A stretch of 64,000 nucleotides of DNA from Octopus sinensis (GCF_006345805.1 NC_043011.1:35848464-35912463), one strand, 5' to 3'; numbered from the stretch's first letter, positions 24,471 through 39,347 are shown. Program-made: numbers and translations. Notes: generated from the sequence alone by a model not told the origin.

Positions 24471-24515
24471 ATATATATATATATATATGTAGAGAGAGAG
24501 AGAGAGAGAGAGAGT

Positions 24516-24588
<73 letters not shown>

Positions 24589-24589
24589 A

Positions 24590-24770
24590 TTTACAAAATA
24601 AAAACAAAGGAAAAGACGAAGACAGGTGTGTAAACAACAAAGGATGTATTAGTTTAACGCTCGGGAAGTGAGAAGTTATTTTACGTTTCGAGCCTACGCT
24701 CTTCAACAGAAAGGAACACAGAAATAAACAGAGAGAGAAAATAAAAAGGGTTTAGTGGCTAGCGATACAT
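24590..24770 (-). mobile_element. Penelope-like terminal fragment with minimal HHR variant
   Basis: Minus strand TTT-CTGTTGA-AGAGC-GTAG-GCTC-GAAACGT-A-AAA at about 24678-24713. Confidence 0.55.
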
Positions 24771-24771
24771 A

Positions 24772-24891
24772 TACGACGGTCTTATTTCAGTTTCCGTCTA
24801 CCAAATCCACTCAGAAGGCTTTGGTCGGTCCGCAGCTATATTAGAAGAGACTTGCCGAAGGTACCACGCAGTCGGACTGAACCCGGAACCA
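24772..24891 (-). mobile_element. family B SINE 5' part
   Basis: tttcagtttccgtctaccaaatccactc...ccacgcagtcggactgaacccggaaccat. Confidence 0.8.
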
Positions 24892-24917
24892 TATTTTGAA
24901 TTTAGTCTCTTCGGTAG

Positions 24918-24975
24918 ACCTAGCTGACGAGGACCAATCAATTTTACTGAACAGTTCAAAACTTGAGTACTAGGT
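24918..24975 (+). ncRNA. hammerhead ribozyme motif with G12A substitution (probably inactive)
   Basis: ACCTAG-CTGACGA-GGAC...GTTC-AAAA-CT-TG-AGT-A-CTAGGT; perfect 6-bp stem I. Confidence 0.6.
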
Positions 24976-25242
24976 TATCCATTTCTCGGGTTTTCTTCCT
25001 AGAAGTAAGACGATTTTTTTAATATTCGCCGCCCGCACACATCTTTGCCTCTATACATTTGCGAAGCTTTACCTAGCGTGGAACGATTAATGACTGCTAT
25101 TTTCAGCAAAAAAGGGTACATTGCTGTGCCACTATTTCCCATTTATGATTCTACTTTTACGGTGTTTTGTTTCACTGTAAAATAATATTATTGTTTTGAA
25201 ATAATATAGAGGTTTATATGTATGTATGTATGTATGTATGCG

Positions 25243-25274
<32 letters not shown>

Positions 25275-25535
25275 TGTATGTATGTATGTATGTATGTATG
25301 TATGTATTTATAAATGCAAGTGCGCACTCACGTTCATAAACACACACGCATGCACTGAGGAATGTCGCTTGATCAAAATAGCTGACTTCTGAACTGAGAA
25401 AGAAAACGCATGTGTTTCACTGGAAGCGGTTACGGTTTGCTGCCCGACCCACAAGACGAGACAAATAACGTCTGCCGAATTACTGTCACTCCAGCTTTGT
25501 AAACATTGAATTGCACAACCTTAAAAACCTTGCAC

Positions 25536-25536
<1 letters not shown>

Positions 25537-25581
<45 letters not shown>

Positions 25582-25828
25582 GTGATGGTTATAATAATAA
25601 TAGATTAATGATAATAATAATAATGATATAATAATAATATAATCATAATCAACAGAAAGAATAATAATAATAATAATAATAATAAATAATAATATAATAA
25701 TAATAATAATGGTGATGGTTATAATAATATAGATTAATAATAATAATAATAATGATAATAATAATAATAATCATAATCAAAAGAAGAATAATAATATAAT
25801 AATAATGGTGATGGTATAATAATAATAG

Positions 25829-25900
<72 letters not shown>

Positions 25901-25910
25901 GTAATCAACA
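25537..25910. repeat. (AAT)n-rich compound repeat with internal duplications
   Basis: ggtgatgg(t)tataat..atagattaat recurs three times within (AAT)n. Confidence 0.9.
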
Positions 25911-26689
25911 GAAAGAAAAAAGAAATTGTCATTTTAGGCATTTTATCCGTTTCCTGCTACATTGTATGTGCTTGTGCGCGTGCGTGTGTGTTCGTTTCAG
26001 TATATAAAAAGAGCAAGAGAAAAAGTTAAACCCAACCATTTTCTTTTTTAGTGTGTCTTATAGTAAAGCAGAGACTTTTAGACATTAATCCACATATATT
26101 TACTACTTTCACAGTTGTGACATCGTTTCACCTATTTTTGCGTTATTGGCTTTCGTGCACACAAGATTTATTCTTTGCTGTTTTGTTTTTTCTTAAAATT
26201 TTTATTTTTTACAATATATCAGCTTAGATGACTTGACTTTTTGTCACGAGGAAACTGAAGAAAAAGCAGGTGGTGGTGGAAAAAAATGAAAAGAAGAAAA
26301 AGGAAAAATTCAGATAAGAAGAGGAGAAGAAAGAAGAAAAAGGAGAAGAGGAAGAAATATGCGAAAATGTCAGAAGGCACTAGAAAATTGTTTAAAAAAA
26401 AAAGGACAGATCAACAAAGAAAAGCTGGCTGAAAATGCTAAAACTACTCTTTGGCTTTTTCTTCTTATTTCTCAAAGATTTCATCTTAATATGATGTTTA
26501 AAAACGAATGCAATATTACAACTTGTGATTGGATAAAATTTTAAAATTGCTTAAATATTCATGTGTCTTATAGCAATTACGTTTTAGGCAACTAGAGCAG
26601 AGGATCAACTCTCTCGGTCATGAGTTCAAATCCGACCGCTGGTACCTTTATTTTTGTTTCATTTCTTCTGTTCAGTGCTGAGAAAACAA

Positions 26690-26841
26690 GTATGTGGTAA
26701 GAAGCTTGCTTCTCAACCGCATGGTTCCGGGTTCAATCTCACTCCAAGGTATCTTGGGCAAGTGTTTCTATCTAGTCTCGGGCTGACCAAAGCCTTCTGA
26801 ATGGATTTGGTAGACGGAAACTGAAAGAAGCCCGTCGTGTA

Positions 26842-26910
<69 letters not shown>

Positions 26911-27119
26911 CTCTATGTGTGTGCTTGTGTTTGTCCCCCCATCACCACTTGACAACCAGTGTTAGTGTGCTTACGACCCCGTAATTTGCGATTCAGCAAA
27001 AGAGACCGATAGAATGCAAGTACCAGGATTAAAAAATAAGTACTGGGGTCGATTCATTCGACTAAAAATTCAAGGCGGTGCCACAGCATGGTCGTAGTCT
27101 AATGACTGAAACAAGTAGA
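26690..27119 (+). mobile_element. near full-length family B SINE with internal (TA)n(GA)n
   Basis: ggttccgggttcaatc...cttgggcaagt...ctgaaagaagcccgtcg, then microsatellite, then agaccgatagaat...aatgactgaaacaagt. Confidence 0.85.
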
Positions 27120-28224
27120 AAAAAAAAAATAAAAGATTCACAGATTTAAAGTCGAAATATTTCAAAAGAAGATTTTTTTGTTTTGTTTTTAAATTTGGCT
27201 GTTTGTCTTGTCACAATTCATCAATATTTGTACGAAGAAGTAAAAAAAAATATATTGCTACAGAAATAAAATATAACCTTCCTAGTTAGCACAGCTGTGT
27301 CACAGTACAGTGCATTGGTGGATTCGTTTATGCAATATTTCTGACAAAAATACATGTTGAGTTGATACATAGCTTTTTAATGAAAGAGATATTTTGAGTG
27401 TCAGAGTGAGAGAAGTCAAGTTTCTCGACTAGAGAAATATTAAAAATAGTTTTGAAAATTCAATAAAAAAAACCCCATCTAGCTATGAAAATAATATCAT
27501 AGATCACTGCAGCGTCACGCATTCGCCTTGTGACAGTACAGTCCATAGAAATAACATACAATGTATTATCACTTGCTCACCTCACATGAATAGGATTTCT
27601 GCTACCATATTCAATATAAGTGCAGCACGCATATCTCTTCCTATACAAACAAAACAACCTCCACGACATGCAAACGCAGGTGATTATGCATATGAAAATA
27701 CGAGTATAAGGCACAAAAAGAAAATGACTCTCTCCAGACACAACTGAATATGCTTCAACACACGAACTCATATAAAGAATCATGCAAACCAAATCCAAAA
27801 ACGAAAATACGAGTAGATAATAATATATTACGCATGATCGCAGGACACTTTCGTGTTTCTAGCAGAACAATTTAAATACCGGAAAAAATGTTAAATACCA
27901 ATAACAATAATAAAAACAGTTGTGAGTATGTATAATTTGACAACTCTAAGTTTGACTGCATTGTTTGTGCTATCATGCACTATGTTGCACAACAGACACT
28001 TCTGGCATTTGGCAAACAAAGAGCCAGTTTTCACAGGAGTGTCTTACGTCTCTGCGTAAGGCTATGCTAAGCAGAAATGTATAAACTGTTTTTGGTTTAT
28101 TATTGTATGGGAGTTTATACTTGTTGTTTTGTTAGTCATTCACTGCTTGGTCCCAATTCGTGTGGTATTGTGTACGACCTTCTGCTTTCGATAGTTGCAA
28201 GCTATGCAGTTAACGGAGTGCTAA

Positions 28225-28415
28225 CGTTTCTTATTTCTTTATTGCCCACAAGGGGCTTAATAGAGAGGGGACAAACAAGGACAGACAAAGGGATCAAGTC
28301 GATTACATCGACCCCAGTGCGTAACTGGTACTTACTTAATCGACCCCGAAAGGATGAAAGGCAAAGTCGACCTCGCAGGATTTTGAACCATTAAGCATTC
28401 TGCCAGTTCGCCGGA
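28225..28415 (-). mobile_element. family A SINE
   Basis: atttctttattgcccacaaggggc...gaccccgaaaggatgaaaggcaaagtcgacctcg. Confidence 0.85.
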
Positions 28416-28489
28416 GTGGGTATGTTTCTGTTCACTCATATGTAGGGCTGTATGCAATACGTCCTCAGTATATAATGTCTGACAAGCAG

Positions 28490-28555
<66 letters not shown>

Positions 28556-28714
28556 ACACACGTGCATGTATCTATGTGTATGTTTACAAGTTGTGAATAA
28601 ATTTACATACGTTTAGTAAACCTACATTCAAGATCCACAAGGTTTCGGGACCTGGTGAGTAGAATAGTAACCAGATCCTTCTCGTATTATATCGTACTCG
28701 GTGAAGGCCTCTGA

Positions 28715-28870
28715 CCTTACGTTCTGAGTTCAAATTCTGTCGAGGTAGACTTTGCCTTTCATCATTTAGGGGTCGATAAAATAAGAACCAGCAAAGTACT
28801 GGGGCTGATGGTAATCGAGTAACCCACCTTCTCCCAAGTTTCTGGCCTTGTGCCAAAATTTGAAATCAGT
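28715..28870 (+). mobile_element. family A-related SINE with alternative tail
   Basis: acgttctgagttcaaattc...actttgcctttcatc...ggggtcgataaaataag...tggccttgtgccaaaatttgaaa. Confidence 0.75.
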
Positions 28871-29064
28871 CTATGAATTACGAAACGAAGTCTCAGTTTT
28901 TATAAGAGGGATATCTGAAACGAGTGCAACTGAAAGGCGAGCTTAGATCCTATACATGGAGTTCAGCAGTTTTATTAAGAGAAGAATTTTCGATATCTCC
29001 ATGGTGGTAGTTTTAAACTGAAAATATTTACGAGCATCTTTTCAATGAAACCAGAACTTGATAG

Positions 29065-29375
29065 CTCTCTATTTTACTTGTTTCAGTCATTTGACTGTAA
29101 ACCATGCTGGAGCACCGCCTTTAGTCGATCGAGCAAAGCGGGCCCATGACTTATTCTTTGTAAGCCTAGTACTTATTCTATCGGTCTCTTTTGCCGAACC
29201 GCTAAGTTACGGGGACGTAAACACACCGGTATCGGTTGTCTACCAAATCCACTGACAAGGCTTTAGTCGACCCGAGGCTATAGTAGAAGACACTTGCCCA
29301 AGGTGCCACGCAGTGGGACTGAACCTGGATCACGTGGTTCGTAAGCAAGCTACTTACCACACAGCCACTCCTACG
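29065..29375 (-). mobile_element. family B SINE lacking the internal microsatellite
   Basis: The two halves are joined directly at atcggttgtc|taccaaatcc. Confidence 0.85.
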
Positions 29376-30047
29376 CATATATAAGATAATTTTAATTTGA
29401 TAATGTAAAAAGTAATAAATAATAAATAAAACAAAGAGAGTGAGAGAGAGGGGAGAGAAAGAGAAAGTGAGTGAAAGAGAGAGGGTAGGGCAAAAAGTAC
29501 CAGCGAAAACTAGAGTACCACAACATATTGGTAGTCTGCAATGGGAAAATCAATTAGATAAGTTCAGGTGCTCTGAGGAATGAGATATGAATTGACCCTA
29601 CCACACTGCATTTATTAATGCCGTAAGGTGAGACTGTCTATCATCTACACGTTAAGTTGCATTGCTGCCCCATATGATATTGGCGCTAGTTATCTTGAAA
29701 AGCGTAAATTTCTTAAAGTACTTTACAAATACATTGACATATACACAGATACAAATACTATATGCAAGCAAGATAAAGGGAAAGATATTAGCAATTGTCC
29801 ACATAAAACGCCTCTAATTTGTTAAGAATAGGTCAAACGTAACTTACTGATAAAGCGCGCCCACATGAGCGAGTAGAAAAACAAGAGTATATAGAAGAAT
29901 GAAAGTAGATAAAGAAAATCTCTTGTGGCAATTACAGCAAAGTGCAACGGCAGATTTTTCTGTTAGTTCGTGACCAGAAAGATTAGTTGCGTGATTACTT
30001 CCTCAAGGTAAATAGAGGGGGGGATATATATAATATTAATATATATA

Positions 30048-30105
<58 letters not shown>

Positions 30106-32914
30106 GTATATATATATATATGAAAAGAAAACTGCTACATCTCATCTGTCATATAGATTTATTCATCTCATCTTTGCAAATAACGTACTTACAATTAAAA
30201 AAAGAAAGATGCAACACGAACAACAATGCAAAAATACAATCTCTGAAAGTCATCTTTATTATTTTATTTATTTTTTTTTTTGCATAGAAGCCTTCAAGGA
30301 AGTTAATTTAAACTTTTAAACGAAATTACATCAATTCTCTCCTTTAACGTGAGTTTCCATTAATACAAGTAGTCAGGAATAATATCAACAATTGATCTAA
30401 ATGATCTTGAATAATCATAAAATATAACGAAATAAAAGCACCAAGTTAAATAAACGTTCAAACGGTGGTGTTTAATAATCTCTGGAGATCTGTGATGTTG
30501 TATTAACTTTCGATGTTCTAATACACATTTTTTTTTTAGACAATTTGTTAAAGACACTTCGAATTGGATGACATGCTAAAAAAAAAAAAGAATTTCATCT
30601 CACGAACTGAATTCAATAACCTCTCATCAATCAATCGAAGATTTTTGACTCATATAGTATTAGGTGATTTGGTTTAGATGCTGATTTTATTTTCAGAAAA
30701 AAAATTGTTAACGTGGATAACATTAAGCTAAGAAGGTTTCAGCGTAGAGACTTGTCGTGAAGTTTACCGATAAGAAAAGAAGATAGTGCAACGTGTATGG
30801 CTTTCTGAACAGCATTTGTTTTTTGACACGTAAAGCCGGCCAGTGAAATAACTAGTTCCAAACGAAATCGGCAGCCCAATATCTAAGCTCAACACCTTGG
30901 ATAACGTATCATATCATAGATTATTTGGGCTTTCCGTGTATGAAAAAATCGATTTTAACCCTTTAAACCTTAAATCGTCACGTTAGTATAGCGTTCGACA
31001 TAAGTGTGTTTGTTTCTGTAAATCTTATCTGTTCTTTGACTAGTTAAGCGGTACAATGATTCCAGCCTGCTTCTCAGGACACCTCGACATGCAAAAGATG
31101 TGATATGATAAAACCAATTTTTAACCGAAAATAGGATTTCTTCTCTACTCGGTCAAAGCGACATATGTTTGAGATATATTTTAAAAGGCTGACATGTATT
31201 ACCATCCCAATGTGCATCTTTATTGAATTACTAGGAATACATTTGAACAGGCGCACATGAATACATCCGCACATATACATAAAAATATACATGCGGTCTT
31301 TTATTAAATCAATCAAATACGCTGATACAGACACGTACACATAAACAGTAAAAATTTCCATTGAATATAAGAACAGTCAAGCACGACAGCAAGAGTGGAT
31401 TATATTTTCCTATCTATATTTTAATCTAATTGGTAGAAATATAATTATCTTTATTTATAATCCCGCAATCAGTCTTTCTTAGAATTGATTCTGGATTCTA
31501 GTACGATATATGTTGCCTTCAGTAAATATTTTTAACCTTCGATATATAACATTTATAATAAAATCAGAGACCTGGACTCAATGCTTGTAACAAAATGGAC
31601 TTCTGAAAACTATCAAAAAGAAAAGCTGTGGTATTAATCGGACGTCAGATTAGATTTACCACTCAGAAACAAGCACTGCGTGGTTAGTTTTACAATTCTT
31701 ATATTTCTGATATGTGGAACCTACTATAATAATACTCTCGTGTTTTTCTCCGTCACAACATATGAATCAGAAAGGAAAGAGAGATAGATGAATAAGGAAA
31801 GGGGTAATGGCAAACTGATAGTGGGAACGTTTCAACTTTGAGTAAGTATGTGTGGGTATGTAAAAGGGAGGTTTGTGACTGTTTGTGTGTGTGTGTGTGT
31901 GCAATGGAGGTGGGATGGCGAGCATTCAACGCTGAAAAGAAAAATCAAAGAGCATTTCAACTCTGTGTGAGTGCATGAGGGTATGTGAATGTCTGTATGT
32001 GAACCAGCTTTCTTTCATTATTAAATGATGATCGATGCCACATCTCAAAAGACAACCACTTGATAACATTGACACGTGTATTAATTTGATTTCCCATCCA
32101 TATTTATATATAAAATACTACTATTAGTCGTCCTTTCTGACGGCACGGGACCAGTCGGAGTGATGTCCTCATCTTGATTGTTGCTTCCAGTATATATCGA
32201 CTGTGTACGCTTTTTTTCAGGTGTCATGTGAGTCGCTTTAGAACTCAGAATCTCTTCGTGACTGCACTGTATTTCAGTGCCTTTATCCACTACGCAACGT
32301 CCGTAGGCTGTTTTAGATTGAATTTTTAAGGCTGATAAACCCCCATTGATATCTTATGCCGGCTCAATACCGATCAGTTTCGTCAACAAAAATTTAGCTG
32401 AACGAAGTCTGGAACTCTTCCCATGGCTTTGACAGATATAACTGCTTCGAGTTAATAAACGACAGGCCGTAAACTGGGACGATTAAGAATCCAGAGAGGT
32501 GGGGTGATTTCATTATTTTAAGTATTCGTCGTACTTTTCCGTGTCATTAGAAACTTTCAACAGCTTGTATAGCTAGTTGACTGTTTTATAAGACTACGTT
32601 CATAAATTCTATTGTATTTCTTACTCCATTTCCAATATCAGTGGATTTCTGTACTCAGGAAGACAAATGATGCAATGCTATGTGAATCACTAAATTAAAT
32701 ATTCTAAGAGATTCTCCTGAAAACTAGTAGTGAGAATTAGGAATATAATTTAAATGAAATTTGCATTTTACTTAGAAATCAACATCAAGACCAGAATAGA
32801 TTGCTGATATTAAGTAACTCATGCAAATTCAGCGTTATTCATGATTGGTGAAAATTTGAATTGGCTCAACTTAGCGAAAACTTAGTGCATATTTCTGCCT
32901 TTCTTTTATTTCTT

Positions 32915-33570
32915 ACCTTTTACTTCTTTCAGCCATTAGACGGCAGCCATGCTGGAGCAACGCCTTGAAAAGTTTTTAGTCGAGCGAATCGTCATCGGTA
33001 CTTTTTAAAGCTGGTACTTATTATCTTGGTCTATGTTACGAGGACGTAAACAAACTAAACCGGTCGTTAAGCGTGTGTGTGTGTGTATGTATGTATGTAT
33101 GTATGTATGTATGTATGTATGTAGTATGTATGTATGTATGCATTTATGTATGTATGTATGTATGTATGCATTTATGTATGTATGTATTTATGTATATATG
33201 TATGTATGTATGTATGCATGTATGTATGTAACAGAATAAACTAGAGAGGGATTATCAGTTGAGTAATCCTATCAGTAACGTACCTATAATGACTACTGAA
33301 AACAGCTGTAAGCCATATTTACTCCAATAAAGGAATCATATGTAATGACCATTAATTTAAACTTGTTTCTTATTTGAATGTCTGTATACACACACGCACT
33401 TGTGTATACACGATGGGTTTCTCCTAGCTTTCGTCTACCAAATCCATTCACAAGGCTTTGGACGGACTGAGGCCAAAGTACAAAACACTTGCCCGAGGTG
33501 TCACGCAGAGTGACTGAACCCGGAACCATGTGGTTGGAAAGCAAGCTTTCTCACCCCAGAGCCACGCCTG
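32915..33570 (-). mobile_element. degraded family B SINE (3' half 32915-33072, 5' half 33410-33570)
   Basis: gccatgctggagcaacgcc...gacgtaaac and tcgtctaccaaatcc...gaacccggaaccatgtgg. Confidence 0.7.
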
Positions 33571-33894
33571 ATTAAATGTTCACTTCGCAATTACAAATTT
33601 CTGGATTTGATTCCACCGTACAAATAGCTTAAGCAAGTGTATTATGCCATAGCCTTGTGTTCCAAATTTAATTGGGTAGATGAAACATGTATTATAACCC
33701 AGGGTGTAGGTTGTAATCGTGGTGCAAAAAGCCAGTCTTGTCGCACAGATTCCAATGGGAAATTAGGGGTTCACACATCTATGGAATGTTCAACAATTTA
33801 CACGCTAAACGTGATGTACAGATAGTCCAGTGGACCGAACAACTGAATGCTCTGCGTTGAAATCAACGTTTACTTTCTTATTGCTTTTAAATTT

Positions 33895-34330
33895 TACTTT
33901 CTTTAAATTTTGGCACAGGCCAGTAATTTCAGAGGCATGGTTAAATCGTGTTACACCGACTCCAGTGCTCAGTTAGTACTTATTTTATTGACCCCGAAAA
34001 GATGAAAGGCAAATTCGACTTCGGTGAAATTTGAACTCAGAACGTAAGTACGGACGAAATCCCACAAAGCGTTTTGCACTGTATGTTAACGATTCTGCAC
34101 CTCGCCACCTGTATTTACTTTATTCTTTTCTACTCTAGGCACAAGACCCGAAATTTGGGGGAAGGGGCCAGTCGATTAGATCGATCCCAGTAGGCAACTG
34201 GTATTTAATTTGCCGATCCCGAAAGGATGAAAGGCAAAGCCGACCTCGGCGGAATTTGAACTCAGTACGTAAGTACGGACGAAATTCCGGCAAAGCATTT
34301 TGCACGGCGTGTTAACGATTCTGCCACCTG
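33895..34330 (-). mobile_element. two tandem family A-related SINEs
   Basis: Two copies of cccgaaa(a/g)gatgaaaggcaaa...gaaatttgaactcag.acgtaagtacggacgaaat. Confidence 0.85.
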
Positions 34331-35172
34331 TGTTTACTTTATTATTAACAGAGCGAAAATTACATGGTACATTATTAAATATATCTACAGTAAGTAGTTT
34401 GGATGTTTTAAAATCAGAAGTGAATCAACCATCGGTACAACAGCATGCCATTGACATGACGTTGGCATGTGCTGCAAGAAATGTGTGAAGATGCAGATTA
34501 AATGTAGGATTTCATATGAATATAGAAATGTCAAATCACTTGAAAGACTGTCGTTAAGAGTGCTGTCAGTTACTTCAAACAGTGATTAATGTCAGTTCAA
34601 AATTGTAAGGCTCTTTCTTACATTGCAGCAAACCTACTCAGTTATATATGGTTTCGCTTTTTCGTGACGGAGTAGTGAGATGATGTGGGAGTCGAATATT
34701 CGTATTCTTGTCTATTTTTGTTTGTTTGTTTGTTTTTAATTTTGACACCTAATAAGACCGGAATAACTCGAAACCAACGGTGACACACGAATTGAAAACG
34801 TCTTTGAAATTGCTTGAAAAATGGGCACTTAGTAGAAGGGTATTTTGATCGTTGTCGCTTTAAGTTGCTTATGCATAGCAATAAAGAAAAAATGTTATAT
34901 AAACAACCTCTACAACTCCTTCGTCACATGTGAATCTATTTGCTTATATATATATATATTATATATATTATATATATATATATAGAGAGAGAGAGGAGAG
35001 AGAGAGCAATATATATATATATATAGCAATATATATATGGCAATATATATATATATACATATATATGTGTGTGTGTGTGTATGTGTATGTGTGTGCGTGT
35101 GTGTATCCATGCACGAATACATGGATATATATGTATGTATTTGTCCAAGCGTATATATACGTATATGTATAT

Positions 35173-35245
<73 letters not shown>

Positions 35246-35294
35246 CTGATGATTTCATTTGAATGAAACAGTTCTAGTCCTGTAGAAGCTCCTT

Positions 35295-35342
<48 letters not shown>

Positions 35343-36142
35343 CTCACACATGCATACTTACATACCAACAGACAGCGAGCAAAGGGAATCTGCTTGCATG
35401 TACACACATTACGTATTAAAATACTTACAGCAACAGTTCTTGTTATACACACCTCAAATGGCGCCAGAAACGGCGATAACGATCAGCAAAAACATACAGA
35501 CTTCTGTGTCGAAATCGAAATATGTACAATGAATTTACGTCTATGGTAAAATGAGAAAGTAACATCTCATAAAAAGAGAAACAAAGACAGAAAGATGGGG
35601 GAGAGAACTGGCAGGAGAAGAGATGCTGAGAGAAGGGTAGAGAGACAGAGAGTGAATGAGTGGAACAAGGAAAGGGAGAAAAAATGTTCCCATCGAGGGC
35701 ATTTTGTATTGAATACCGATTGTAAGCTATAAAACCTTTTCAGCTGTCAATGGTAAGCCACAGAATTCGTATAAGCATTGTTGTTTCGGAATATTTATTG
35801 AACAAAAATGATTTTCCCGTACGGGACCCCGGTATGAATAGTGGGCCGAAGAAAGCAGAATACGGATCGGTATAAAACGTATAAATACGCACGTGCATAC
35901 TCACAAACATATGCATACATACATACATACATACATACATACATACATACACATATACCTACATACATACATGCGCACGTACACACATAGACATCGCCCA
36001 CACACAAACACACACAGACACACACACGCGTGCACACACACTCATTCACTCACTCACTCACACACATGCACGTATATATGTATATATATATATATACACA
36101 CACATATATATTCATACATATCTATCTATATATCTATATACA

Positions 36143-36196
<54 letters not shown>

Positions 36197-36298
36197 TATA
36201 TATATATACATACACACACGCATATATACACATATTTATGTGTGTGTATAAGCATATGTATTATATGTGTGTATGTATGAACATATGTATTACATGTC

Positions 36299-36378
<80 letters not shown>

Positions 36379-37049
36379 TATATACACACATATATATCTT
36401 CACATTAATGTACACACGCACACACCCATGCGGACACACACACATGTATATATGTATATATATATATATATACACATACACACAGGCACACATACATATA
36501 CATCTATTTGAATGTGTTGTAATCACTTTTCACACAGCCGATATAGTAGCCATTCGGACCGGGAGGACTTTCACCATTATTTAGTCTGATTCCAGCTTTT
36601 ATTTGTTGTACTTTTATTTTTATTTTTACTTTATTTTTCCTATTATCATCTAGAATGTTCCGAAAAGATTTTCATTTTACTCCAGAGAATAATATTCTAT
36701 AGGTTGTGTGCGTATCTGAGCGTGTAGGCTAAATGCCCAGGTAAATATACAACTGTGAACTTTTGCAGTAGAATTTTGTCAAAAACAATCTATTCGCACC
36801 ACTCACTCATTCATTTTTCTTTTCAATTTGCTTTCTCTTTCGCTCTTTGTCTGTCTGTCTGTCTGTCTGTCCATATGTCTGTTTGTCGGTCTCTCCTCCC
36901 CCTCTCTCTCTCTCTCTTTCTTCCTCTTTACTGCTTCTCTCTCATTATTTTTTTTTGTTTTGTTTTGTTTTTCTTCTTGTGTGTTGCTAACATTTCCGCT
37001 GTTTGTTAATTCATTTTTTTTATAATGTCCAATATTTGAGATGCATTAT

Positions 37050-37063
37050 TTAAAGGACAATAC

Positions 37064-37115
<52 letters not shown>

Positions 37116-37177
37116 TACTACTACTGCTGCTGCTGCCACTCCTCCTCCTCCTCCTCCTACTACTACTACTACTGCTG

Positions 37178-37213
<36 letters not shown>

Positions 37214-37351
37214 ATATTACTACTACTATTACTACTACTACTACTACTACTACTAATATTACTACTACTACTACTACTAATACTACTACTACTATTACTA
37301 CTACTACAACTACTACTACTACTATTACCACTACTATTACTGCTGCTGCTG

Positions 37352-37385
<34 letters not shown>

Positions 37386-37988
37386 CACTGCTGCTGCTGC
37401 TGCTGCTGCCACTACCACTGCCAATAACAACAACAACAGCATCATCAGCAAAAAGAGCGACAATGTCAATGCTCGTCTACAAGAATCTAACCAACAATAT
37501 ATAATGTCGACTGACAATTTCAAGAAGAACAACGACAATAACAACAACAACAACAACAACAACTACAACAGCAGAAAAATAAATCAACATTAACAATACC
37601 AACAACATCGACGACAATCGCAACAGTAATACCGACAATGATAATGTAGACAAGAATACGACCAACCACCGCTACCACCAACACCCCCTCCCACTACTAC
37701 TACTACTACTACTGCTACTACTACTACTGCTACTACTACTACTGCTACTACTACCACCACCACCATCACCACCGCTACTACTACTACCACCACCATCACC
37801 ACCACCACCACTACTACTACTACCACCACCACCACCACCACCACCACCACTACTACTACTACTACCATCACCACCACCATCACCACCACCATCACCACCG
37901 CTACTACTACTGCTACTACTACTACTACTACTAACTACTACTACTATTACTACTACTATTATTACCACTACTATTACTGCTGCTGCTG

Positions 37989-38038
<50 letters not shown>

Positions 38039-38540
38039 GCTACCACTGCTGCTGCTGCTGCTGCCACTACTACCACTGCCAATAACAACAACAACAGCAT
38101 CATCAGCAAAAAGAGCGACAATGTCAATGCTCGTCTACAAGAATCTAACCAACAATATATAATGTCGACTGACAATTTCAAGAAGAACAACGACAATAAC
38201 AACAACAACAACAACAACAACAACTACAACAGCAGAAAAATAAATCAACATTAACAATACCAACAACATCGACGACAATCGCAACAGTAATACCGACAAT
38301 GATAATGTAGACAAGAATACGACCAACCACCGCTACCACCAACACCCCCTCCCACTACTACTACTACTACTGCTACTACTACCACCACCACCATCACCAC
38401 CGCTACTACTACTACCACCACCAACACCACCACCACCACTACTACTACTACTACCACCACCACCACCACCACCACCACTACTACTACTACTACCATCACC
38501 ACCACCATCACCACCACCATCACCACCGCTACTACTACTG

Positions 38541-38636
<96 letters not shown>

Positions 38637-38650
38637 ACAACAACAACAAC
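37050..38650. repeat. (ACT/ACC/GCT/AAC)n low-complexity block containing a 658-bp tandem duplication
   Basis: Core 37421-37692 is repeated at 38079-38353, differing only by one AAC unit. Confidence 0.9.
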
Positions 38651-39347
38651 AAAATCAGCAACGAATACAAGAATACTTTGTCAGATTCGAGAAGAACAAT
38701 GACTGCAGCGCCACCAGCACCATCCTTCTTCACTGGTGACAATGCTACTTTCATAGGATTTACATAACTCAATATTCGCTTGCTATTCCATGACTGTTTC
38801 GTATACTATATTTTTGTTTGTTTGTTATTTTTTTCGTTTAAATTCTTACATATTCACTGCGGAGTTTGCTGCATACAAATGCACAAATGCTCACGCCTAC
38901 ATAGAGACAACACAGACACAGACACAGACATACGAATATAGAAACATATACATAGATATACATGTGAACAACTATACGTGTATGCACAGACACACGCACA
39001 TATATATATAAATATATATATAAATAAATACGTACAAATATAAGTATACTTTGTATACATGCATAAATATAAATATTATCATATATATATATATATATAG
39101 ATATATATATATATATATATCAATATATATCAATATATATACATACATATATATAAATATATATATACATATAAATACGTATATGTGTATATATATATAT
39201 ATATAAATCTCTCTCTCTTTATATATATATATATTTATATATGTATATATATATATATATATATCCATATATACATATATAAATACATATATATATATAA
39301 ACATATATAGATATAAATATATATATATAAATACATATATATGTAAA

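Noticed and set aside
32081-32360. Open frame of about 90 codons on the minus strand
   Set aside because: Weak splice acceptor and no recognisable domain; compatible with chance.
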